NCBI GenBank assembly: GCA_037388825.1
Contig: JARRJV010000001.1
Location: 1,024 to 65,023, forward strand
Length of the DNA stretch: 64,000 nt
Direction of reading: 5' to 3'
Source: Acidiferrobacteraceae bacterium
Lineage (GTDB): Bacteria; Pseudomonadota; Gammaproteobacteria; Acidiferrobacterales; JAJDNE01
The number at the start of each line of letters is the position of its first letter. The first letter of the stretch is position 1. The notes under the pieces were generated by a model. It ran no database searches. It was given only the letters and a program-made list of their open reading frames with translations, and was not told the origin of the DNA. Position numbers and translations under genes: made by a program. This document shows, piece after piece, positions 45,102-55,100 of this stretch.

Positions 45102-46183
45102 GCGCCGCTTATCCCGTCTGGCTGATTCGGCTACGTGCCCTTCTGGGCAAGGAGTTTCGCCAGCTGTTGCGCGACCCGCGCATGCGCTTTTTTGTATTCA
45201 TTCCCCCGTTGGTACAGCTCGTGATCTTTGGCTATGCCGCCACGTACGATGTGCGCCTGGCCGATGTCGCGGTGGTTGACAGCGAATTGAGTTCCGCGAC
45301 CCGCGGGATCGTGTCCGACATCTCCGCCAGTGGCCATTTCCGCATCCAGGCCTTCCCCGACATGGCCAGTGCCGCGATTGCGCTCAACCGATCCGACGTA
45401 CGCGCGATCGTGCGCTTCGATCCGGACTATGCACGCTCGCCCGCGATCCAGATTGTTACGGACGGATCCGACTCCAATAGCGCACAGCTCATCTTTGGCC
45501 AGCTGGCACAGACCATACGCGATTCAGTGTTTCGCAGCAGTGGACTGTCACCACCGGTGCAGCTCGAGGAGCGCGCCTGGTACAACCCGAACCTGGAGGA
45601 TCGCGAGTATTTTATTCCTGGCATCATCGCGAACCTGATGCTGATCACTACCATGATCCTTACCGCTATGACCGTCGTGCGCGAGCGGGAGCTGGGGACT
45701 CTGGAGCAGGTGATGGTCTCTCCCTTGTCCAACCTGGAATTCATCATCGGCAAAATGATCCCGGTGGCGACCATCGGCCTGATCGATGTTCTGCTGATTT
45801 CGGTGGTCGCCATACTCTGGTTCCACGTGCCCTTTCGTGGCAGCCCGCTGGCCCTGTTCGCCGCCAGCCTGCTGTTCCTGATGAGTTCCCTGGGGATGGG
45901 GCTACTGATCTCCGCCTATTCGGGGACCCAGCAGCAGGCCATGATCCTGGCATTCTTTTTCGTCATGCCATTCGTCATCCTTTCCGGATTTGCATTTCCC
46001 ATCCGCAACATGCCTGAATGGGTGCAGTGGTTCACCTGGATCGATCCCCTGCGCTATTACATCGTGGTCATTCGGGACCTGTTTCTGAAGGGCGGCGGAA
46101 TCTTCGACCATCTATTCGAATACGGCATGATGAGCCTGTTGGGCGTCGTGTCGATGGGTTTGAGCCTGTTCCATCTGCGCTGA
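45098..46183 (+). CDS. ABC-2 type transporter permease (second)
   Basis: The GTG at 45098 overlaps the upstream stop (GTGA). LGKEFRQLLRDPRMR, with the same topology as the preceding permease. Confidence 0.88.
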   Translation: MSAAYPVWLIRLRALLGKEFRQLLRDPRMRFFVFIPPLVQLVIFGYAATYDVRLADVAVVDSELSSATRGIVSDISASGHFRIQAFPDMASAAIALNRSDVRAIVRFDPDYARSPAIQIVTDGSDSNSAQLIFGQLAQTIRDSVFRSSGLSPPVQLEERAWYNPNLEDREYFIPGIIANLMLITTMILTAMTVVRERELGTLEQVMVSPLSNLEFIIGKMIPVATIGLIDVLLISVVAILWFHVPFRGSPLALFAASLLFLMSSLGMGLLISAYSGTQQQAMILAFFFVMPFVILSGFAFPIRNMPEWVQWFTWIDPLRYYIVVIRDLFLKGGGIFDHLFEYGMMSLLGVVSMGLSLFHLR

Positions 46184-46263
46184 TTCGCGAAAAAACCGTC
46201 CTGATGCCATGGGGCGCTGCAATCCACGGTCATCGGCGTACAATATTGAATTCCGACGGCCAG

Positions 46264-46596
46264 ATGTCCACAGGAGGTACCGTGTCCGCAAACGAATACC
46301 GCAGCGTCGAAGACGTCCTGGCTGCGCTTGCCGATCGGGGGTACGTGGCGAATTTCGAGTACCTGGAGCAAGGGTTTACCCAGGTTGAGACCGGGCGCAC
46401 ATTCACCGCGGATGAGTTGACCATTGTCGAGCATCATCGCTTCGAGGGAGTTAGTGATCCGGACGACGAGTCCATCGTGTACGCAATCGAGAGCGGGGAC
46501 GGAATCCGCGGGGTGCTTGTGGATGCCTTCGGAACCTATGCCAATCCTGACCTGAGTGAATTTCTTCGCAATGTTCGCACGGCATCGCCCGGCTAG
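46264..46596 (+). CDS. Conserved-looking small soluble protein, unknown function
   Basis: Acidic, globular-looking sequence (…TIVEHHRFEGVSDPDDESIVYAIE…). AGGAGG upstream of the alternative GTG start at 46282. Confidence 0.55.
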   Translation: MSTGGTVSANEYRSVEDVLAALADRGYVANFEYLEQGFTQVETGRTFTADELTIVEHHRFEGVSDPDDESIVYAIESGDGIRGVLVDAFGTYANPDLSEFLRNVRTASPG

Positions 46597-46608
46597 GCTC
46601 CGGCCGGT

Positions 46609-47739
46609 CTAGCCCAGAGAGTTTTCGTGGAAGAAGCGCTGGATCTCGTCAATCTCGGTGCGGTTGTGAATCAGCGCTTCGACGCATTCGGAGTCGAGTT
46701 TTTCTCCAGCCATTCTTCGTAGTGCGGCAAAGGCCTCCTCGTTGGACCACGCGTCCTTGTACGGACGCCTGCTGGTGAGCGCATCGAACACATCGGCCAC
46801 GGCGACGATGCGCGCCTCCAGCGGAATGTCCTGCCCCCGCAGCCCGGCCGGGTACCCTTGGCCGTTGATGGCCTCGTGATGGAACTCGGCAATATTCCTC
46901 AGGATGTTCACATGCTGGACGCTGTCCAGCCCGAAATTCTCCAGCACATCATCGATGATTTCCCGTCCCTTGCGAGCGTGGCTTCGCATGATCTCAAGCT
47001 CCTCGTCGTCCAGCGCTCCCGGTTTGAACAGGATACGGTCCGGGATCGCCACCTTGCCAATGTCATGCAGGGGCGAGTACATGAAGACATGTTCGACGAA
47101 GTCGTCATCCAGGTTGTAGAGTGGTGCCAGTGCATCGGCGATCAGGCGTGCATAGCGGGACATGCGATCGATATGACTCCCCGTTTCCGGATCGCGCAAA
47201 TGGGTAAACCGGGCCGTGGTCGCGATGGCGGCCACCAGGGTGCGCATGGCGGAAAGTTCGTTGATGACCATGAGTGCCACCATGTGCCCGAACACATCCA
47301 GCTGATTCAGGGCGGCGTCAGTGAACACGTCGGGCTGTTTCGAGTTGAAGAAGATGAAGCCGAGAAACACGCCATTGGAGAACATGGGCAGGGTGTAGCT
47401 GGCTGCATAGCCGTGGCGCCCGATTCGGCGTGCATGTTCCTTCGGTTCGTCCTCGACCGTGACCATGTTGTTGATCACGCGCGGGCGTCCTTCCTTCAGG
47501 ATTTTCGCCAGCGACGGGGCCTCGTCCAGCTTCGCCTGATAATGCGAGAGCGGGTCATCCTCTTCGCTGCTGTGCAGATAAGTCTTGAGCTTCGCCGTTT
47601 TCGGGTCGTACAGAACCACGGCGATGCGGGCGATGAACGGCAGCTGTTTATGTGCCACGCGGTGAATCTGCACCAGCTTGTCCCGCAAGGGGATGTTGCG
47701 GTTCAGGGATTCCAATGTGTCCTGGTAGGTCTCCATCAC
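46609..47739 (-). CDS. HD-GYP domain c-di-GMP phosphodiesterase with N-terminal GAF-like sensor
   Basis: HDIGK and HHEAINGQGYP motifs. Confidence 0.9.
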   Translation of the reverse strand: MMETYQDTLESLNRNIPLRDKLVQIHRVAHKQLPFIARIAVVLYDPKTAKLKTYLHSSEEDDPLSHYQAKLDEAPSLAKILKEGRPRVINNMVTVEDEPKEHARRIGRHGYAASYTLPMFSNGVFLGFIFFNSKQPDVFTDAALNQLDVFGHMVALMVINELSAMRTLVAAIATTARFTHLRDPETGSHIDRMSRYARLIADALAPLYNLDDDFVEHVFMYSPLHDIGKVAIPDRILFKPGALDDEELEIMRSHARKGREIIDDVLENFGLDSVQHVNILRNIAEFHHEAINGQGYPAGLRGQDIPLEARIVAVADVFDALTSRRPYKDAWSNEEAFAALRRMAGEKLDSECVEALIHNRTEIDEIQRFFHENSLG

Positions 47740-47908
47740 CGGAAACTCTCCGTATAGTTTTTTTGTGTCCGACTCCGTTATTACTATTTAGTATGGTTGA
47801 TCTTTTATCGTGTGCAATGAATTTGTGGTATTCGCACATGTGCCCGGTCTCATTTGCCGCGGAAAAACTGGCGGAATACCGGGATTTCGGGAGGGGAGGC
47901 GCAAGTCC

Positions 47909-48181
47909 TCAGCTGGTTTCCGGTGTGTTTTCAAATGAGGCCATGGGTACCGTCAGCGTCGGATGACGGCGGTCCGATTCCCGGTAGGCGCGGATACGTG
48001 GGCGCTCCTGGAATACCTGGTACAACGCCCACAATCGGTCGAACGACTGCAGAACATCACTTGTCAGTGCGCGTACCATGTCCAGGGAAACATGGCCGAT
48101 ATAGTCGACAAAGGTATTCCCGCTTCCCATCCACTTTCCATGGGCATTGCTGGTTCCTGCTTCCTGTGAATTATTTGTCAT
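47909..48181 (-). CDS. Hypothetical protein (90 aa)
   Basis: The only protein-like translation in this lower-GC stretch (…VDYIGHVSLDMVRALTSDVLQSFDRLWALYQVFQE…). Weak SD (AGGGA). Confidence 0.35.
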   Translation of the reverse strand: MTNNSQEAGTSNAHGKWMGSGNTFVDYIGHVSLDMVRALTSDVLQSFDRLWALYQVFQERPRIRAYRESDRRHPTLTVPMASFENTPETS

Positions 48182-48293
48182 CCTGGCAAATCCCTATCGG
48201 CGATGATGGTATTTGCCGGTAGTGAAGAGGGAAGCGTCTTTGTTTTCAGCTGTTTCGCCGCGTATGATCGACCAGCGACATGGAGGTGCTTGC

Positions 48294-49001
48294 ATGCTGG
48301 CAACAATCATCAGAATGTTTTTTCGTCGGGCGGCCATGCATGCCTTGAACGGCCGTTATCGCAATCGCGATCGACCGGCCGCAGGGCGCCTGGGCAAAGA
48401 GGACGTGCGTGCGATTCTGAAATTGGCCTGGAACCATGCAGATTCCCTGATGCTGCAAGCGGATTTCCCGCAGTACCGGTCACGGGGCAACCGTCTGAAT
48501 GTATACCTGTGCCTGCTGAGCCTCGCCTGCTATCGCGCGCTACGTGAATATGGATTGTCGGCCCCATGGGCGACGGAACTCTTTTCCGACACCGGCTGGC
48601 ACATCTACGAGCGAATGGCGAAACTGGTGATTGCTCCATCGCGCCCGTTTACCCGGGATCCGCAAAAGAGGATCAACTTCATGCTGCGGGCATTGATGAT
48701 TTTTCCATTCAATGAAGATCCGAACGGATATCAGCGCAAGGCGTGGAAGGAAGCGGATCATATGCGCACGGACTGGACCCGGTGCGCGCCCCTCGATTTC
48801 ATTCGCAAGGCCGGAACCCCCGAAGAGCTGGCGTTTTTCCGGGCCACATGGTGCTGGTACGATTACGCCCTGCCGGGACTGGTTGATCCCCGTGGCGACT
48901 ACGAACGCCCGCACACCCTTTCCGATGGAGATTCCGTGTGTGATATGCGCTGGTACGGCATCCGCGTAGTCAGTAAGGACGAGATGCTAGACCGGGAATA
49001 G
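48294..49001 (+). CDS. Hypothetical protein, possibly ATC-hydrolase-like family (Cys-containing C-terminus)
   Basis: GGAGG lies 7 nt before the ATG at 48294. The C-terminal pattern FFRATWCWYDYALPG...HTLSDGDSVCDMRW resembles my recollection of the L-2-amino-thiazoline-4-carboxylate hydrolase domain. Unverified. Confidence 0.5.
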   Translation: MLATIIRMFFRRAAMHALNGRYRNRDRPAAGRLGKEDVRAILKLAWNHADSLMLQADFPQYRSRGNRLNVYLCLLSLACYRALREYGLSAPWATELFSDTGWHIYERMAKLVIAPSRPFTRDPQKRINFMLRALMIFPFNEDPNGYQRKAWKEADHMRTDWTRCAPLDFIRKAGTPEELAFFRATWCWYDYALPGLVDPRGDYERPHTLSDGDSVCDMRWYGIRVVSKDEMLDRE

Positions 49002-49015
49002 TCCGCCAGCAGTAG

Positions 49016-49690
49016 CTATTTCTTCGGAAGCCGGTCGACGTGATAGAGCATGGCGATCAGAACCATGGTGGAAATTACCATCAGCAGCGGACCGAACAGC
49101 CAGAACACCAGTGGTACGGAGAAATAGTAGGCCCGCATGCCGATGCTGTAGTAGTCGCCGGCGCGATTCAGGTGTCGTGCGACGGCGGTGGGATTGATTC
49201 CCCGGCCGCGCAGGTCTGCCGGTACATTGAGCTGGTAGCCCACATGGTTGTAGACCCGAACCGACAGGGCAAAGCTGAAGAAGGCGACGAAGAAGTTGGT
49301 CACGAGGACCAGCAGCTTCGTTACCCAAAGACCGGCATGTCGTGAGCCCACGATATTCAGGCTATGCCAGGTGGACTGAAGCTTGTCCGCCTGTCCGCTC
49401 AGGGTCAGCGTACCCATGATGAGCAGCACGGCAGTGGAGGCGAGACACGTGGCGGCCATGGTGGAGTTGCGCAGGGTTTGTTCGCCCAGCAGGCTTCGCG
49501 CCGGATCGGACATGATGCCCTTGACCCAGGCCTGGCGCGCGGCGTGGTTGACCGCCTGAATCGTATAGGCCGGATCTTTCTGCGTCCGGTAGCGAAGGTA
49601 CAAATGATAGGCAAGCAGCAGCCCGGCGCTCATGAAAAAGCCGCCAATATCCCCGCCATAGTTATGGACCAGGTTGAGGAACGAATGCAT
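49016..49690 (-). CDS. DUF599-like integral membrane protein
   Basis: 224 aa with 4-5 TM. Family assignment is from memory of the sequence style (…QTLRNSTMAATCLASTAVLL…). Confidence 0.6.
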   Translation of the reverse strand: MHSFLNLVHNYGGDIGGFFMSAGLLLAYHLYLRYRTQKDPAYTIQAVNHAARQAWVKGIMSDPARSLLGEQTLRNSTMAATCLASTAVLLIMGTLTLSGQADKLQSTWHSLNIVGSRHAGLWVTKLLVLVTNFFVAFFSFALSVRVYNHVGYQLNVPADLRGRGINPTAVARHLNRAGDYYSIGMRAYYFSVPLVFWLFGPLLMVISTMVLIAMLYHVDRLPKK

Positions 49691-49875
49691 AGGTCGTAAA
49701 GCCTGAGTCTGGGGGCGTGGTCTCGCCCAATCTCGCTGTCAATGAAGGAATTATAGGTCCAGTCCGGGACGGCGAAAAGGGCGTGAACATTCCGTTGGCG
49801 ACACGTTAGTGCGGCCTTTTCCACTGGCGCTGGCTCGTTTCAGCTGTGGTAGGCTTTGCGCATTGTTAAGACTCT

Positions 49876-50307
49876 GTGAGTGAGAAACCGATTTTGCGCA
49901 CAAGCGACATCAATTGGGTGGGATTCCTGCTCCGCTTCCTTGCCGGGTTGGTGTTGGTGCTGGCCAGCTACAATCCCGATGGGTATTCCTACTTTCACTG
50001 GATCAAGAATGATTTTCCTTCCATTGGCGCCGCGCAGGCATTCGTCGGTGTCGCTCTTGTGGTCGGCTGGGCAATCTATGTCCGCGCCGCGCTTCGCTCC
50101 CTTGGCGCCATTGGCCTGCTGCTGGCAACGGCGCTGTTCGGCACCCTGATTTGGCTGATCGTTGATCTGGGCCTGATCCCGGTTCATAGCCTGAAGGCCG
50201 TGGTTTATCTCGTGCTGATACTGCTGGCGCTGGTTCTGAGTACCGGTTTGTCCTGGTCCCACGTGCGCAGGCGCTTGTCCGGCCAGATGGATACGGACGA
50301 CGTCTAG
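49876..50307 (+). CDS. Small integral membrane protein (4 TM), unknown
   Basis: GTG start; hydrophobic helices throughout; 143 aa. Confidence 0.55.
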   Translation: MSEKPILRTSDINWVGFLLRFLAGLVLVLASYNPDGYSYFHWIKNDFPSIGAAQAFVGVALVVGWAIYVRAALRSLGAIGLLLATALFGTLIWLIVDLGLIPVHSLKAVVYLVLILLALVLSTGLSWSHVRRRLSGQMDTDDV

Positions 50308-50329
50308 ACTGCCTGCCCCTTTGCTCCGC

Positions 50330-51361
50330 CTATCTCCGTTTCGCGGCTTCCCGGGCCCGCCGGATTCGTTCCGCCGTCACCGGGTGGGACGAAATAAAAG
50401 AGAATCGCTCCTTTTTCCCGCCCTTGTTTTTTGCCAGCCTTTCCATGAGGTGTGCAAACGCCAGCGGAGATTGTCCGTGTTTCTTCAGAAGCGCAAAGGC
50501 ATAGTCATCGGCCTCGGTCTCAAACTGGCGTGAATAGCGGGTTTGTGCGAGTACGGTCGGAACACCGGCAACGATCGTGCTCAGGGTTGCCGCATCGCCC
50601 GTGATGGCGGTTGCCAGTACCGCCACCGCGGAGTTCTGCATCAGACTGCGCACCGCATGGCGGTGCACCACGTGACCGATTTCGTGGGACAGGACGGCCT
50701 CGACTTCCGCGAGATTCCTGGCGTTGTTGACCATCTGGTCCGTGATGACGATGGTGCCGCCGGGCAGGGCGAAGGCATTGGGACCGATGACCGCGGAATT
50801 GCGAAACTTCAGATGGAGATACCTGCGTATGGGCAGGCCGGCGCTGAGCTGGTCGAAGCCCTTGAGAATGACCGCCCGCTTTTTCCCTGACAATTTGCTC
50901 GGTTCAAACCATCGCTGATCGTCGAGCCAGTTGAGGGAGCTTGCGCCCAGGCGGGCTTCCGTTTCCATGGGAATATGGTCGGCGATCTTCTCCGATGCCC
51001 AGGGCAAACCGTAGAAATAGCCGGTCCCGACCATGCCGAACACCAGGGCGATACCCGTCAGGGCGACCGCGACGCGCGATTCCAGCCAGGCGACAATGCC
51101 TTCGCTCATGCTCTCCTGGGGGAGCGCATCGAGTTCAGGACCATCGGCGCACTGGAGCTGTCCGCCGTCGGGGAACAGAATGAACCGGTCGGCACCGCCG
51201 GTACGCGGGGAGACCTGCAGCCGATCGGTGTTGTAATCCCGGCTATGGCTCGTGGATCGCAGTGTGGCGCCGGTTCGACTGGCCAACAGGGTCGCGGGCA
51301 CACCCACCGGACGTGTTCCGTCGAACCAGATTCCACTCAGACTGATGTCCGGACTGCTCAT
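50330..51361 (-). CDS. M48-family metallopeptidase with N-terminal soluble domain and TM helices
   Basis: HEIGHVVHRH (HExxH). Start MSSPDISL at 51361 overlapping the upstream stop (ATGA). Confidence 0.85.
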   Translation of the reverse strand: MSSPDISLSGIWFDGTRPVGVPATLLASRTGATLRSTSHSRDYNTDRLQVSPRTGGADRFILFPDGGQLQCADGPELDALPQESMSEGIVAWLESRVAVALTGIALVFGMVGTGYFYGLPWASEKIADHIPMETEARLGASSLNWLDDQRWFEPSKLSGKKRAVILKGFDQLSAGLPIRRYLHLKFRNSAVIGPNAFALPGGTIVITDQMVNNARNLAEVEAVLSHEIGHVVHRHAVRSLMQNSAVAVLATAITGDAATLSTIVAGVPTVLAQTRYSRQFETEADDYAFALLKKHGQSPLAFAHLMERLAKNKGGKKERFSFISSHPVTAERIRRAREAAKRR

Positions 51362-52479
51362 AGGGACAGGTCCAGATCGAAGAAGTCTCCCACCTCGGCA
51401 CCGGTGGCCTGCACCGTATCGGTATGGGTACCGGTGAAGTCCTCCAGATTTCCGTGCAGGAACACGCGCATGTGGTCGGCGCGATACTTCATGGTCCGCG
51501 TCACGGCCCACGGAATCAGCAGGCCGGCGGTAGCGAGGATGCCAATGGCATTGCTCACGTACAGGCCCATGAGCCCCCAGGCGCGCAGACTGGATTCAAA
51601 GCGGAGAGGGCCAAGGCGGGTCTGGTTCCATACGAGATTAATTCCCCGGCTACGGGTGAAGGCGTAGGCGAGCACGTAGACGACATAAAAAGGAATCACG
51701 AAAAGCATGACCGCGTGAGGCGACGTGCTTTTGGTGGCAATCATGATGCCAAGCCCGAAACTCGCTACGATAAAACCACCGAAAAGAATCAGGCCTGCCA
51801 GCAGGTACATCTTGAAATATTGTGATCCTTTCAGGGATAGCGAACCGTGCTTGCCGCCATATTCACTGTTGTCCACAATGAAACGGCGAAGGTTGGCAAG
51901 CCACCACGGGAAATAGAGCATACCTGCGATATACGTGAAGCCGATCAGCCACGATTTTCCCCACCAGCCAAAGATCACACACAATACGATCAGCGGCACG
52001 ATGGCGAAGGCGTATAAGACCTTCAGGGCATCGGTTCCGCCACCCTGAAACGCGAATGTCATATTGCGGAAGGCCGAGTAGCGCGCGTTGAATGCGAGCG
52101 AGCGCGCCACGACCCACGGCGCGAGAATCGTCGCCGTCACCAGAACATAGGGAAGCAGGGATGAAAAGTAGTGGGTCCCGGCGTAGTAGAAAAGGAACAG
52201 TATCGTGGCAATGATGCGCCCACGCAGGATGGGTAAGGGTTGTCCCAAGTACTGGAAGGGCGTGCCGTCGAGTACGGTATGGGCGTAGAAGTATCGTTTC
52301 CGGCGAACCTTGGCCCAGGCGGAGAAGATGCCGAGGCTGAGCAGCGTCAGGCAGAGATTGACAGCCCAAACGCGGAAGTAGTCCGCAGCCCGGCCACGAA
52401 ACTCCAGCGGCAGTTCGCGCACGGTTGGGGCCGCAGGCTCAAGGGGCACGGTCGTCGGAGTCGTGGAGTCGGTCTGCAT
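51358..52479 (-). CDS. DUF898 (YjgN-like) multi-pass membrane protein
   Basis: LEFRGRAADYFRVWAVNLCLTLLSLGIFSAWAKVRRKRYFYAHT matches my memory of the YjgN/DUF898 N-terminus. An internal repeat of the same pattern is present. Confidence 0.7.
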   Translation of the reverse strand: MQTDSTTPTTVPLEPAAPTVRELPLEFRGRAADYFRVWAVNLCLTLLSLGIFSAWAKVRRKRYFYAHTVLDGTPFQYLGQPLPILRGRIIATILFLFYYAGTHYFSSLLPYVLVTATILAPWVVARSLAFNARYSAFRNMTFAFQGGGTDALKVLYAFAIVPLIVLCVIFGWWGKSWLIGFTYIAGMLYFPWWLANLRRFIVDNSEYGGKHGSLSLKGSQYFKMYLLAGLILFGGFIVASFGLGIMIATKSTSPHAVMLFVIPFYVVYVLAYAFTRSRGINLVWNQTRLGPLRFESSLRAWGLMGLYVSNAIGILATAGLLIPWAVTRTMKYRADHMRVFLHGNLEDFTGTHTDTVQATGAEVGDFFDLDLSL

Positions 52480-52553
52480 CCCTGGCTCTTGTTGTGTTCT
52501 GACCCTCTTCCAAGCATAGACGATGGTTCGGGTGCCGTCCCCCGGTCGGGACC

Positions 52554-54080
52554 CTACTCGACGGCCGAAGCAGTCTCCTGGGCGGTCATTTCATGACGGG
52601 AATTGCGCATGATGAATACCGCTGGTGCCATGATGGCGAAGGCGACGGTGACGAAGGTGTAGGCATCGAGGAAACCGATCATCTGCGACTGGCGCGCGAG
52701 TTCATGCGCCAGAAGCGGTGCCGCGGATTGAGCGGATTGCGTCGACATGCCGATATGGCCCAGATATCGGCCCAGTTCCGGATTGAAGGCGTCGATGTGA
52801 CTGCCGACATTGTGCCAGGCGATTTGCGTATGGCGCGTCAGTACCGTTGCCACCAGGGAAATGCCGATGCCCGAGCCGATGGTGCGCAGCAGGCTGTACA
52901 TGCCGGCGGCGTCCGGGGCGTAGCGTTCGGGCAGAGTGGAGTAGGCCAGGGTGGAAAGGGGGACGAACACCATGCCCAGACCCATGCCCTGTAGCAACAT
53001 GGGAAAGATCACCCACCAGATTCCCATGACCAGGCTGTACTGCGTGGTCTGGTAGGAACCGATCGAGAAGATCACGATGCCGGCCAGGATCAGCATGCGC
53101 GCGTCCACGCGCGTAATCAGGCGACCGACGATCATCATGCTCAGCATGCTGGCAAAGCCACGCGGTGCCAGAATCAGGCCGGTCATGATGGTCGGGTAGC
53201 CGAGCAGGCCTTCCAGCATCAATGGTTGCAGAAGCATGGAACCGAACAGGCCCAGACCGAGAAACGCCATGAGCCCGCAGGCGGTGGCGAAGTTGCGGTC
53301 GGCAAAGATTTCGGGCGCGAACAAGGCGTGGCCGCGGTAGCTGCGAATGTGCAGGATGAATCCGGCGAATCCAACGAAACTGATCCAGGCGGAGAACTGG
53401 ATCACGGGTGAGGCAAACCAGTCGTCTCCGGTGCCACGATCCAGCAGGAACTGCAGGGCGCCGACCCCCATGGTCATCAGCGCCAGCCCCAACCAGTCCA
53501 TGTCGCGCTTCTGTTTTTCCGTGTCCGGCACGAAGCGTAGAACTAGGAAAGTGGAGAGAATGCCCACGGGAACATTGATGAAGAAGGTCCAACGCCAGGA
53601 CAGGACCTCCGTGAGCCAGCCGCCCAGGGTGGGACCGAGTATGGGGCCGACCATGACGCCCATGCCCCAGATGGCCATGGCCTTGCCCCGTTCCTTTGGC
53701 GGAAAGGTGGAGACCATGACCGACTGCGCCAGTGGCACCAGAGCCGCGCCGGTGATTCCCTGTACCAGGCGAAAGAATACGATCTCTTCCAGGGTGCCGG
53801 ACAGGCCACACATCATGGAGGCAGTGACAAAGCCCACGATGCTGATGGCGAAGAAGCGCTTTTGTCCCCAGCGATGGCTGAAGTAGCCGGTGAGTGGCAT
53901 GAACACACCGGAGGCGACGAGATAGCTGGTCAATACCCAGCTGATCTGATCCGGCGTGGCACTCATCTCGCCCTGCATATGTGGCAGGGCGACGTTGACG
54001 ATGGTCGTGTCCAGCACCTGCATCACCGTCGCGGCCATGACGGCGACGCTGATCCACAACCGGTTTTCCTTCTCGGTCAT
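52554..54080 (-). CDS. emrB: DHA2-family MFS multidrug efflux permease (EmrB/QacA type, 14 TM)
   Basis: MQVLDTTIVNVALPHMQG and 508 aa. Operon with an EmrA-like adaptor and a MarR regulator. Confidence 0.88.
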   Translation of the reverse strand: MTEKENRLWISVAVMAATVMQVLDTTIVNVALPHMQGEMSATPDQISWVLTSYLVASGVFMPLTGYFSHRWGQKRFFAISIVGFVTASMMCGLSGTLEEIVFFRLVQGITGAALVPLAQSVMVSTFPPKERGKAMAIWGMGVMVGPILGPTLGGWLTEVLSWRWTFFINVPVGILSTFLVLRFVPDTEKQKRDMDWLGLALMTMGVGALQFLLDRGTGDDWFASPVIQFSAWISFVGFAGFILHIRSYRGHALFAPEIFADRNFATACGLMAFLGLGLFGSMLLQPLMLEGLLGYPTIMTGLILAPRGFASMLSMMIVGRLITRVDARMLILAGIVIFSIGSYQTTQYSLVMGIWWVIFPMLLQGMGLGMVFVPLSTLAYSTLPERYAPDAAGMYSLLRTIGSGIGISLVATVLTRHTQIAWHNVGSHIDAFNPELGRYLGHIGMSTQSAQSAAPLLAHELARQSQMIGFLDAYTFVTVAFAIMAPAVFIMRNSRHEMTAQETASAVE

Positions 54081-55099
54081 TGCGGGGCCGAGTTGGACGC
54101 GACCTTGCTATCCGAATCAGTCTTCTGCGTATCGATGGTCACCACGGCGCTGGTCCCGACGCGCAGGGGGTAGGAAGGATTCGGGTTGTCGATGCGTACG
54201 CGCACCGGCACGCGCTGGGTCACCTTGACCCAGTTGCCGCTCGCGTTCTGTGGCGGAAGCAGAGAGAAGGCGGAACCGGCGGCGGCACTCACGCTTTCCA
54301 CGACGCCCTTCATGTGAACCCCGGGATACATGTCCACCTTCACGTCCGCGACCTGACCGGGGCGGATGCGTTCCAGATCCGTCTCCTTGAAGTTGGCGTC
54401 CACCCAGTAGCCGGAGTCGCATACCAGCACGAAGGAATCCGTATCCGCCCGGACGACGGTACCGGGGCGCAGACCCAGCTCGCCGATCTGCCCATTGCAC
54501 GCCGCGGTGACCTTTGTATTGTCCAGTGCCCACTGCGCGTGTTCCATTGCAGCACGCGCCTCAACAATCCGATCGTTGTTCTTGCCCGGTGTTCCGAGTT
54601 GTCGCCGTGCCTCGTCAAGCTTGGCCCTGGCAATCCGCAGATCCGCCTGCGCACCCTTGTAGGCAGCCTCGGTGTCCTCGACGCTCTGTTTCGACAGATA
54701 GTTCTTTTTCGCCAGCTGCTGCGCACGCTTTTCCTTGGCTGCCGCGTTTTCCAGCAGCACTTCGCGATGATTGACCTGGGCGCGGGCCGAAGCGACCGCC
54801 GCCTCCATCTGCGCGACCTGGCGATGCGCCTGGTCCAGCCGCGCCTGGGCCTGCTGCAGTTCCAGCCGGAAAGGTTCAGGATCGATCGCGTACAGCGTGT
54901 CGCCCTTCTTGACCTCTTGCTGGTCCACGACATCGATCACCGTCACCCGACCACTTACACGGGGCGCCACGCGAACGACGTTGGCGCCGATGTAGGCATC
55001 CTCCGTGCTTGGGTATCGTTGCGACCAGCTGTGATAGCCCCAGATTGCCAGACCACCGACAACCACGGCCCCCGCAACCATTAAGATCTTCTTTCGCAT
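54077..55099 (-). CDS. emrA: HlyD-family efflux adaptor (EmrA type)
   Basis: Start MRKKILMVAG at 55099. N-terminal TM, STEDAYIGANVV, long coiled coil. Confidence 0.88.
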   Translation of the reverse strand: MRKKILMVAGAVVVGGLAIWGYHSWSQRYPSTEDAYIGANVVRVAPRVSGRVTVIDVVDQQEVKKGDTLYAIDPEPFRLELQQAQARLDQAHRQVAQMEAAVASARAQVNHREVLLENAAAKEKRAQQLAKKNYLSKQSVEDTEAAYKGAQADLRIARAKLDEARRQLGTPGKNNDRIVEARAAMEHAQWALDNTKVTAACNGQIGELGLRPGTVVRADTDSFVLVCDSGYWVDANFKETDLERIRPGQVADVKVDMYPGVHMKGVVESVSAAAGSAFSLLPPQNASGNWVKVTQRVPVRVRIDNPNPSYPLRVGTSAVVTIDTQKTDSDSKVASNSAPQ

Positions 55100-55100
55100 T

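Noticed and set aside
52702-54057. 451-aa alternative-frame ORF on the same strand inside the emrB-like gene.
   Set aside because: The translation is Arg/His/Pro/Gly-rich, not membrane-protein-like. The 52554..54080 frame gives a canonical 14-TM DHA2 transporter.
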